The notes under the pieces are model-generated. The model had not been told where the DNA came from, made no database searches, and saw only the letters and a list, made by a program, of their open reading frames with translations. Of a DNA stretch of 64,000 nucleotides, positions 54,119-64,000 are shown one piece after another; position 1 is the stretch's first letter, and the number at the start of each line of letters is the position of its first letter. The DNA comes from Eledone cirrhosa (taxonomy: Eukaryota): positions 14,942,001 through 15,006,000 of the forward strand of contig OZ024746.1 in assembly GCA_964016885.1 (NCBI GenBank), in the 5' to 3' direction. A program made the translations under genes and the position numbers.

Positions 54119-54765
54119 TAATAATAATAATCAGTAGAACGCCAGACAACATGCTTTGAAGCATAGAGACCTTTACTTTCTGAGTTCTAATCCTGTCAAG
54201 GTTAGCTTTGCCTTTCATTCTTACGGGGGTCCATAAAATAAAGTACCAGTAATGTACTGGGGTCAATTTAATCGACTTTCCCTTCCCCTTCAAATTGCTA
54301 GCCTTGTGCCTAAATCAGAAACCATTATAATAATAATAATAACAATAATAATAATAATGTTAGTGGTGGTATTGGTGGGAGTGGTGGTGTTGGTGTTGGT
54401 GTTGGTGTTAGTGGTGGTGGTGGTGGTGCTGCTGCTGGTAGTGTTGGTGGTGGTGATATTGGTGTTAATGGTGTTGATGCTGGTATTAGTGGTATTGATG
54501 GTGTTAGTGGGGGGTGGTACTGGTGTTAAACTGGAAGGACAGATAAGATGGTTGGCCTACCTCCAACCTTATCTCTTCTGCAATGCTTCGGTGCCAATCT
54601 GATAAACAACAAAATATGTCAAACCTTTGCTAGCAGGGAAAACTGACTTTAAACGATGTTAATGATGTATGGTTTTAGCCCTCCACATTCTTACGGGGTC
54701 AACTTGACTTTCCATCCTAAGAACTTTGAGGGGTGGCAGTAAATGGTGGTAATACAATTAGTCTA

Positions 54766-55330
54766 AGTTGGTGTTAGGAAGGACGTCAGCCATAGACAGA
54801 CCAAACCCCCTGTACACACTGTAAAGTGTTTGGTGTTAGGAAGGACGTCAGCCATAGACCAAACACCCTGTACACACTGTAAAGTGTTTGGTGTTAGGAA
54901 GGACGTCAGCCATAGACCAAACCCCCTGTACACACTGTAAAGTGTTTGGTGTTAGGAAGGACGTCAGCCATAGAAACCATACACCCTGTACACTCCTTAA
55001 AGTGTTTGGTGTTAGGAAGGACGTCAGCCATAGAAACCATACACCCTGTACACACTGTAAAGTGTTTGGTGTTAGGAAGGACGTCAGCCATAGACCAAAC
55101 CCCCTGTACACACTGTAAAGTGTTTGGTGTTAGGAAGGACGTCAGCCATAGAAACCATACACCCTGTACACACTGTAAAGTGTTTGGTGTTAGGAAGGAC
55201 ATCAGCCATAGAAACCATACACCCTGTACACACTGTAAAGTGTTTGGTGTTAGGAAGGACGTCAGCCATAGAAACCATACACCCTGTACACTCCTTAAAG
55301 TGTTTGAAGGACATCAGCCATAGAAAACCA
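54766..55330. repeat. About 60-bp tandem repeat (about 9 copies) derived from the RTE-3'UTR/SINE module
   Basis: Unit gtgtttggtgttaggaaggacgtcagccatagaaaccatacaccctgtacacactgtaaa, followed by the family tail at 55330-55475. Confidence 0.9.
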
Positions 55331-56464
55331 GCCATAGAAACCATGTCAAATAGGAATGTATGAGCAAGATACAGTTGTCTAAGCTGCCTGTCGACAGGAT
55401 CTGACACCTGATCTAACTCATGCAAATATGGAAAATAGTTGTTAAATGGTGATTATGATAATGATGATGGTGATGATAGGATTTGTGTGTGTGTGTGTGT
55501 ACCAGTGTGTGAGTGTGTGTGGATGTATGTATATGTGTGCAATCATGTGTGGTAGTTGGACACCAGAGAGTCTGTCACACTCAGTGACATAAGTAAGATT
55601 AGAATGTTCTAGTATTTATAGCCAGAGATAGACTGTTATAGTAGTAGCAGTGGTAGTAGTGGTGGTAGTAGTGGGAGTGGTGGTGGTAGTAGCAGTAGTG
55701 GAAGTGGTAGTAGCAGTGGTGGTGGTGGTGGTAGTGGTTGGAGTGGTGGGAGCAGTGGTAGTAGTGGGAGTGGTATTAGTAGTAGCAGTGGTAGTAGTGG
55801 TGGTAGTAGTAGCAGTGATAGTAGTGGGAGTGGTATTAGTAGTAGCAGTGGGGGGTGGTGGTGGCAGTGGTAGTAGTGGGAGTGGTGGTGGCAGTGGTGG
55901 TGGTAGTAGTGGGAGTGGTGGTGGCAGTGGTATTAGTAGCAGTGGTGGGAGTGGTGGTGGCAGTGGTAGTAGTGGGAGTGGTATTAGTGGGAGTGGTATT
56001 ATTAGTGGTGGGAGTGGTATTAGTGCTAGTGGTGGTAGATGTGGTGGTGGCAGTGGTGTTGGTAGTAGTAGCAGTGGCGGTGGTAGTTAATGGTAGTAGT
56101 AGTAGTGGCAGTGGTGGTGGCGGTGGTAGTAGCAGTGGTAGTAGTAGCAGAGGCGGTGGTAGTAGTAGTAGTAGTGGCAGTGGTGGTAGTAGTAGCAGTG
56201 TAGTGGTGGTGGTTGGAGTGGTGAGGAAGGACCATTATTTGGCAGTATCGGTAGAGGGTCGGATGCCATGCTTTCCAGCATAGTTACGTCCCTTTACAAT
56301 CTGAGTTCAAATCCCGCCGAGGTTGACTTTGCCTTTCATCCTTACGGGGTCGATAAAATAAAGTACCAGTAATGCACTGGATAATTGCTGGCCTTGTGCC
56401 TAAAGTAGAAACAATTATTAAATGTGACTTACTGTCTTATATAAATGAAACAAGCTCTACAGAC

Positions 56465-57175
56465 ATGGGCGCCCGGGTAGGGACCCTGCAAAAAAGATCT
56501 GTCCGAAGTACGTGCGAGACGAAGAAACCGTCGCGCACGCATTCATACACTGCCCGGGCGTCACCGACCTGTGGGGCTATGTAGAACGACTATTGTCGCG
56601 GGTGGGACCAATCCGGTTGACCACCGAGTCCATTGTCATGATCAAACCGCCACCCTCCTTCAAAAACGAAGGAGAGGCAGTTTTCCTTTGTGTGATAGCT
56701 ATGGCGAAAGAGGTTGTATGGCGAAAGAGGTTGTATGGTGGACAAGGTTGAAAGGGCTGAGATCAGACACCTTTCTCTCCGGCCAACAACTGATTCTTTT
56801 TTTCAAATACCACTTTGGAAGAAGAGTCAGGATGGAGAGAGAGGTGCTGTATCCCAGCAAGTTTTATGAAAGGTGGGTGAAAGTGGCGAGAATGGCCCGA
56901 GTGAATGGGCCTTCTCTCTATATCAGCCTGTAGGTTGAGGAAAAAGAGGAGGAGAAGAAAGGAGTACAAACTCTTCGTACTCCTGGAGATGAGGGTTGCA
57001 CATTTTTTTTCGGGGGTATGTGTTACCCATATGAAATGTCTCCCCCCTATTGGGGAAAATCGACTAATTTTTAAATTACATTTGTGATAATATTTTACAC
57101 GTTTTTATTGTATGTAAACTTCCCCCTTTGTATTTGTCCCCTTCTTTTGTGCCCCTGTGGCTAATAAAGAAACGT
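56465..57175 (+). mobile_element. 5'-truncated Tx1/L1-like LINE (CCHC zinc finger, C-terminus, 3'UTR)
   Basis: CPKYVRDEETVAHAFIHCP...LW (zf-RVT-like), AMAKEVVW; a 17-bp tandem duplication near 56701-56734 causes a frameshift; ends gctaataaagaaa. Confidence 0.8.
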
Positions 57176-58202
57176 ATCTATCTCTCTGTCCATCTGTCTA
57201 TATATCTGTCTTTGTAAGGATGTTATTTGTGTAGTTGTGAGGTCAGACTTGATCCAACAGACTTATGATCAAAGGTGATCCAGCTATGATCTTCCTGTTT
57301 TGTTTTTTATTATTCAGGAATGATTTATCTGGGATTTCATTGTTCAATATCACCTTCCCTTTTTTAAAGACAGTAGCATCTGTTTTGAGGTAGATTTGGC
57401 TGCTATTTATAACAAGTCATGTGATAATGTAAACTCTCCCACATTAGGCTATTCTAGCTGTGTCTTATAACTGGGTGTGGGTTGAGTGGATGGGAGGGGG
57501 CATTTGAATGAAATTCTGTTAAATTCATGTAAAATTCTAATTATGTCTTGAAAAAATATTTTATTTCTTTAACATTCTAGTCAGTGAATTGACCGAGTAT
57601 TTGTTCTAGCTCACTGTGTTCAAATTCCACCTTCTTCTACCAGGAGTTGTGACTGACAGACAGTATCAGCAATAGAAAGATGAATAGAAACATTGTTTCC
57701 TTGGTCTGATCTCATGATCAGCTTCTTTATTCTGCCAGGAGTTGTGACCAACAGATAGTAGTGGGATGGAAAGATTAATGGAAACATTGTTTCTTTGGTC
57801 TGATCTCATGATCAGCTCCTTTATTCTGCCAGGAGTTGTGACTGACAAACAGTATCAGCAATAGAAAGACTAATAAAAACATTGTTTCCTTGGTCTGATC
57901 TGATGATTGGCTTCTCTCATTTCCTTATATCTCAAGGTTTCTAAACACTATTAAAAAAAAAAAAGATGTGTTGTTGTTACTGCCACTGCTGCTGCTGCCA
58001 TTGTTTATGGCGCTAGGGGATACATTTCATGTAATCTGTCAAGAATTTACACCAATTTTGTTCCCACAAGAATATAAAATTGAGAAAACCTGTGTATGAG
58101 AACAACTGATAAGTTGAAGCGTATTGGTTTGAAACTTTAGTCATCATTTTCCATTTTTGTTATCTTGGTCATGTGATATGGGTATCATTACATCATTTAC
58201 TG

Positions 58203-58218
<16 letters not shown>

Positions 58219-58240
<22 letters not shown>

Positions 58241-58590
58241 AAGGTGCATGGCTTAGTGGTTAGAGCGTTGGGCTTACAATTGCAAGGTTGTGCGTTTGAT
58301 TCACAGACTGGGCTTTGCATTGTGTTCTTGAGCAAGACGCTTTATTTCACATTGCTCTATTTCACTCAGCTGTAGAAATGAGTTGCGACATCACTGGTGT
58401 CAAGCTGTATCGGCCATTGCCTTTCTCTTGGACAACATTGGTGGCATGGAGAGGGGAGACTTGTATGCATGGACGTCTGTTGGTCTTCCACAAACAACCT
58501 TGCTTGAACTTGTGCCTCATAGGGGAACTTTCTAAGTGCCGATCTCATGGTCATTCGTAACCAAATGGGGTCTTTACTCTTTACCCTTTA
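58219..58590 (+). mobile_element. tRNA-headed SINE (family B-type head and core, different tail)
   Basis: TGGCTTAGTGG A-box, gtttgattc B-box-like, tgtgttcttgagcaagacgctttatttcac core. Confidence 0.75.
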
Positions 58591-58598
58591 TATATATT

Positions 58599-58823
58599 TA
58601 TTTATTAAAATAACAGATTAAAGTTTTAAGCAAAGAATCGCTGCTTTCACCTTTAACGGGATTTTCTGAAACTAAAAAAATCAATCTGTGAACGCAGAAG
58701 TAAATATTTCGAAATATTTACTTCTGCATTCACAGATTGATTTTTTTTAAGTTTCAGAAGATCCCGTTAAGGGTGAAAGCAGCAATTCTTTGCTTAAACT
58801 TTAATCTGTTATTTTAATAAATA
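58599..58823. repeat. Palindrome with about 112-bp arms and no spacer
   Basis: Centre gaagtaaatatttc|gaaatatttacttc at 58710/58711. Confidence 0.95.
58750..58800 (+). ncRNA. Hammerhead-like fold with U4A core variant
   Basis: AGTTT-CAGAAGA-tCCCgttaaGGGt-GAA-AGCA-gcaattctt-TGCT-T-AAACT: all three stems present, but CAGA instead of CTGA. Confidence 0.55.
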
Positions 58824-59080
58824 TTTGCTCTAGGGTTCTTATATATTTGATATATATTTATCCTTATCGATCCCTCTTTAGATTTTAGTCTTCACATTTA
58901 TTATTATTACTATTATTCGCCATGCTTTGACGCATAGAGTTACGGCCCTTGCCATTCTGAGTTCAAATCCAGCCGAGGTTAACTTTGCCTTTCATCCTTA
59001 CGGGGTTGATAAAATAAAGTACCAGTAATACACTGGGTAATTGCTGGCCTTGTGCCAAAAGTAGAAACAATTATTATTAT

Positions 59081-59116
<36 letters not shown>

Positions 59117-59507
59117 CCATCATCATTATTGTTTTTACATTCACTTTTCTATACTGGGATATTTTGGGGCAATGTTTTATAGCAAGTGCCATTTCTGACA
59201 CCAACTTTTTTATTATGGCACACAAATATACAGTGTACTTATTCTAAAAACTGGGATAGAATTGTTGTTTTATCTGCTTTATCCAGAGAAATGACTTTAA
59301 CCCTTTCCTTACCATATTTCTAAAGAAAGACATAAAGAAAGACATTACCTATGGTTTTCAAATAATTTTGAAAATCATCAAGTATCTGGAGAGATTTAGT
59401 AATATAATTAACTTTCTCATTAAGCTGCTGTTTGGAACACCACTTAACATTTAAATGTACACCAACACACACTTGGAAGTTTTATTTAGATAAATATAAA
59501 CATTTTC

Positions 59508-60153
59508 AAACACAATTGTGCTATAGATCTAGGTGGATTTGTATGAAACACAATTGTGCTATAGATCTAGGTGGATTTGTATCAAACACAATTGTGCTAT
59601 AGATCTAGGTGGATTTGTATCAAACACAATTGTGCTATAGATCTAGGTGGATTTGTATCAAACACAATTGTGCTATAGATCTAGGTGGATTTGTATGAAA
59701 CACAATTGTGCTATAGATCTAGGTGGATTTGTATCAAACACAATTGTGCTATAGATCTAGGTGGATTTGTATGAAACACAATTGTGCTATAGATCTAGGT
59801 GGATTTGTATGAAACACAATTGTGCTATAGATCTAGGTGGATTTGTATCAAACACAATTGTGCTATAGATCTAGGTGGATTTGTATGAAACACAATTGTG
59901 CTATAGATCTAGGTGGATTTGTATGAAACACAATTGTGCTATAGATCTAGGTGGATTTGTATCAAACACAATTGTGCTATAGATCTAGGTGGATTTGTAT
60001 CAAACACAATTGTGCTATAGATCTAGGTGGATTTGTATCAAACACAATTGTGCTATAGATCTAGGTGGATTTGTATCAAACACAATTGTGCTATAGATCT
60101 AGGTGGATTTGTATCAAACACAATTGTGCTATAGATCTAGGTGGATTTGTATC
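59508..60153. repeat. 38-bp minisatellite, 17 copies, within a TTAA-CCC MITE-like element starting at 59297
   Basis: Unit aaacacaattgtgctatagatctaggtggatttgtat(c/g). Confidence 0.97.
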
Positions 60154-60444
60154 AAAATGGCCTTGAACTATTGTTGTTGTCGTTTCATATCTTTGGATAT
60201 TAATGTCTGGGCGTGCGTCTTGTTATTGTTTCTCTATGTTGAGATTTCGTTATTCAAAACTCCATTCATAAGACATTGGTTAGTGCAGAGTCTGAGTAAG
60301 AATAAAGGGAGAGGGGAGCAGTGTTTGATGTAGTAGCTGTGTATGGTAGAGTAGTAACAATTCAAGTGTGCACCAATGTTTCATATGACTTATGACTTAT
60401 TTTCAAATTAAGTCAACAATGTTTTTGCACGCGCGCGTGTGCGT

Positions 60445-60850
60445 GTGTTCATCTGGTTTTATAATTTCACAAAGTTTTACCAATAGAGAGAGTCGGTTTC
60501 TAACATAGACGCAAGACTCTCTCATTGGAATTTACACAACATCAACTAGGTAGATATGTATGTATGTATGCATACATGTGTAGATATGGTTGTATGTGTG
60601 GATGTGGATGTTTTGAGTTGTATGTGTGCATGTGTATTATATGCTTTGTATCTGTACATGTGTATATGCAGTTATTAGATGCAACATTTTTGGAATGTTT
60701 TACATATTTTTACTGTTCCATTAATGGATTGTACTTGTAATTTCCTAACTAGTTGTGTTCTTTCTGTTTCTGTGAAGCCCAGCTTCTTAAGATTTGTATT
60801 GAGGCAGTTACTTACATACCCCAGTGCCCCAATAGTCACAGGCATAAATA
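60445..60850 (-). mobile_element. R4/Dong-like (RLE) non-LTR retrotransposon 3' end
   Basis: FMPVTIGALGYV...LKKLGF...RKLQVQSINGTVKICKTF, the RLE C-terminal pattern; flanked by microsatellites. Confidence 0.7.
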
Positions 60851-60983
60851 TGTATGTACATACACATATACATACATATATATATATAGAGAGATTTATA
60901 TGCATATATATATATACATACATGTATGTATGTATGTATGTATGTATGTATGTATGTATGTATGTATGTATGTATATATATGT

Positions 60984-61590
60984 CGGGTCACTCTTGTGCT
61001 ACTGGTAACATGTAACCCAGTACAACCTGTCGCATGGTCGGGTCGTCGGCGACTAAACCGGCAACCCCACCAAGTTTACTTGGTGAGGAGGGTGATTTTG
61101 GACACCCTGCAGGACAAAAAAACAAAACCTGACTAAGGGCAAAAGAACTCAAGAGTCAACGACCATCCAAAAGTGTGTCAATATGTATATACACATGTAC
61201 ATATGTATGTATATGTATATGTTCATGTGTATGTATATGTGTGGGGACATAGAAATAGTCGTGCTGAGACACCCGATCGCGCGGTTCAACCACTGGGAGT
61301 GAAGGACCTCTAGCCTTTGTCAGGGCTTTCTTCTAGGAGAAGGCAACTCAGGAAACTGGGATAACTCCGATATAAAACCTGCGGCTCAGTAGTTACCGAT
61401 GACGTTGATCTTTTCTTCTTTTCAGGTTATAGCTACTGTTGCTCAGAGAGGGGGATTGGCTCAGTGGACAGTCTTTCCTCACTTTAAAAAATATCTTCAC
61501 GCACAGGCATTGCACGATAGAATTAATTAATAATTATTAATAATGGTATATTGTGCAATGGCCATACTCGATAACAAGGGGGCAGCCATT
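60984..61590 (+). mobile_element. Two non-coding retroelement-UTR-like fragments in (TATG)n context
   Basis: GC-richer islands 60984-61180 and 61244-61590; ctaggagaaggcaactc recalls RTE-type 5'UTRs; each is bounded by TATG-type repeats. Confidence 0.4.
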
Positions 61591-61601
61591 ATGTATGTAT
61601 G

Positions 61602-62808
61602 TCATCATCATCATTTTACGTCTGCTTTTTCCTGCTTGCGAGGGTAGGACGGGTTCTATTCAGAACAGCATCTCTCCACTTCTCACGGTCCTTTGTCATC
61701 TCCGTTAGCTTCAGCAATCTGAGGTCTGCTCTCACCACTTCCGCCCATGTTTTTCGTGGTCTTCCTCTACTGCGTCTTCCTTCTACTGGCATTTCTTGGC
61801 ACTTCTTTACCCAGCCGTCATCCTCCATGCGCATCACATGTCCATACCATCACAGTCTTCTCTCCCACACACTAGAACTTATCCCTCTTATACATAGTTT
61901 CTCTCTCAACACATCCATGCTTAGTCGTTCACGCACATTGACATTACACATCCAACGGAGCATGCTTGCTACATTTCTCTTCAGCCGTTGCATATCCTCT
62001 GCAGTTTCTGCCTATGTCTCACTACCATGCAGCATCGCGCATATTACACAGGCATCATATAACCGGCCATTCGTACGCAGGGAGAACCCCTTCTTTGTCA
62101 GCAGGAGAAGCAGCTCCCTAAACTTTTTCCAACCCGTCCTTATTCTAGATACTATGGCCTCGGAACACCCCCTCCCATGCTAATCTGATCACCTAGGTAC
62201 CGGAAGCTATCAACCACTTCTATAGAACTTAGCTGCATTTGAAAAATATGTCTATCAATGTGACTTCTACATAGTTTTCCCTACCTGTTAGTTTGCCTGC
62301 TATCCCACTACATCTCTTGTGTACACAAGATCTGCATTGTGTACATTTTATAGAATTTATGCCATTTTATAGAATTTATGCCAGCATATTGAACATGGCC
62401 ATTTCCCTGATGGAATCAGAGTTTTGTCCTCTTTTCTACTCATCAACACTTTTGTCTTAGCTAGGTTCACTCTCGGTCCTCTTAATTCCAACTGCTGTTT
62501 CCATAGCCAGAATTTCTCTAGGTCCTCTACTGATTCTGCTATAAGAACCGGATCGTCAGCATAGAGAAGTTCCCATGGATAGCCATGGACTCCTCTATTA
62601 TAGCTTGGAGGACTATAATGAACAAGAGCGGGCTGAGGACCGAACCCTGATGTACTCCTACTTGCATCTGGAATTCCTCACTAAACTCCATCCCTACCCT
62701 CACTTTACTGACAGCACCTCATTAAAAAGCTTGCACTGTCCTCACAAGCCATTCTTCAACACTTAGTTTCCACCAGATAACAGATCGAGGTACCCTATTA
62801 AAGGCCTA
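61602..62808 (-). mobile_element. Degenerate 5'-truncated RTE LINE
   Basis: WELLYADD, GKWPCS (PHD-like), FRYLG, WYGHVMRMEDDGWVKKC...GRPRKTW; (GAT)n tail; frameshifts. Confidence 0.88.
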
Positions 62809-62860
62809 TCAATTTTTTTCCATCGTCTTTTTCCTGTGCACTCCCCATTTTGAATATATC

Positions 62861-62903
<43 letters not shown>

Positions 62904-62947
62904 TCAAAATGGGGAGTGCACAGGAAAAAGACAATGGAAAAAAATTG
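62809..62947. repeat. Inverted repeat (about 45-bp arms) centred on (TA)n
   Basis: caatttttttccatcgtctttttcctgtgcactccccattttgaat-(TA)n-attcaaaatggggagtgcacaggaaaaagacaatggaaaaaaattg. Confidence 0.92.
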
Positions 62948-63172
62948 CAACAGAAAGACAAACAGATAATCTCCTCAGTCAACCTCTGGAAATCACTATG
63001 GTTTCAGTTCATTATGACCTTATGACCTTATTCTAGTCATTCCAGTGCACATTGGGACACTATATCACTATATATATATATATATATTTATCCTTATCTT
63101 TATCGAGCCCTCTTTAGATTTTAGTCTTCACATTTATTATTATTACTATATATATATATATATATATATATA

Positions 63173-63365
63173 GCGAAGGAAAAGTGGTAAGGAACCAGGT
63201 GGACCATAACGCACCAAAGTACTCAATACTTAGGGTAGTAGAGTGGGTAATAGGAGTAAGTAAGACCCCGACGGCTGAGCTCAAGCCGTTTCGACGGCTA
63301 ATTCTGTACAGTACAGAATTAGCCGTCGAAACGGCTTGAGCTCAGCCGTCTGGGTCTTACTTACT

Positions 63366-63370
<5 letters not shown>
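63173..63370. mobile_element. PLE-like tail with fold-back (63250-63370) containing the 3' half of a hammerhead
   Basis: GAA-ACGGCT-tgagctc-AGCCGT-C-gggtc; related pieces at 29824-29937, 33621-33730 and 47558-47665; (TA)n on both sides. Confidence 0.65.
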
Positions 63371-63403
<33 letters not shown>

Positions 63404-63410
63404 TATATAT

Positions 63411-63751
63411 GGAGGCACATGGCTTAGTGGTTAGAGCATTGGCCTTGCAATCGAAAGGTTGTGAGTTCAATTCTGAGCCCGGGTGATGTGTTGTTTCCTT
63501 GAGCAAGACACTTTATTTCACATTGCTCCAGTTTACTCAGCTGTAGAAATGAGATGATAGGGACTGAGGTCCCTATCATTCCACTGCAAAGTGGTCGTGG
63601 AGGTGCCACGGCAAAAAAGCCCCCAGCACTCACTGTAAATGAGGTTGGTGTTAGGAAGGGCATCCAGCTGTAGAAATCAAGCCAGAATCAGTTCCCGTCC
63701 CACCCTTGCAAGCAGGGAAAAAGCGGACGTAAAATGAAATGATGATGATGA
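63411..63751 (+). mobile_element. Full-length composite SINE family B
   Basis: tRNA-like head (TGGCTTAGTGG...GAGTTCAATTC), core, gttaggaagggcatccagc module, (GAT)n tail. Confidence 0.88.
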
Positions 63752-64000
63752 TATATGTATATATAATATACATATGTATATTATATATATATATATATAT
63801 ATATAATATACATATGTATATTATATATATGTATAAATAAATATATATCATCTGCTGATGATCGATTTCAACCGTGACCATCCCCACTGAAAGTTTCGTG
63901 AAATAGTCTTTAAGGCTATACAGAGCATTGTAGCTTTTCCAAATTGAAGGATGAGTATTTTAAACTTTATTTTATTCTGAGTTAAGGCTCTATTGATTTT

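Noticed and set aside
55637-56283. Gly/Ser/Val-rich ORFs and other microsatellite ORFs (YIYI, THTH, CVCV, LSLS)
   Set aside because: Translations of simple repeats with no coding evidence.
63411-63490. tRNA genes at SINE heads (also 3675, 48240, 50135, 58219)
   Set aside because: A and B boxes are present but there is no full cloverleaf, and each continues into a SINE body.

Overview
AT-rich, microsatellite- and retroelement-dense animal genomic DNA. The protocadherin type and repeat landscape point to an octopus or other coleoid cephalopod (inferred, not proven). Two genes are supported, both on the + strand: the last three coding exons of ERCC1 (1618-3132) and a solitary 7-cadherin-repeat protocadherin (large exon 14313-16937, inferred small exons 17657-17789 and 23632-23648). 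The rest is mostly mobile DNA: RTE LINEs (one with a PHD-like finger inside the RT region), R4/Dong, CRE, Tx1/L1 and Gypsy remnants, tRNA-headed SINEs, and mariner and piggyBac-like MITEs. Several minisatellites arose by internal amplification of those MITEs and SINEs. The main signal not shown by the ORF track is a set of about 7 sequence-distinct type I hammerhead-ribozyme motifs. Most sit in fold-back inverted duplications next to (TA)n tracts, as expected for Penelope-like element (PLE) or retrozyme-like remnants. One is a TSD-bounded, non-coding 429-bp partial tandem unit upstream of the protocadherin ORF. All folds and alignments were done by eye, and repeat boundaries are approximate.
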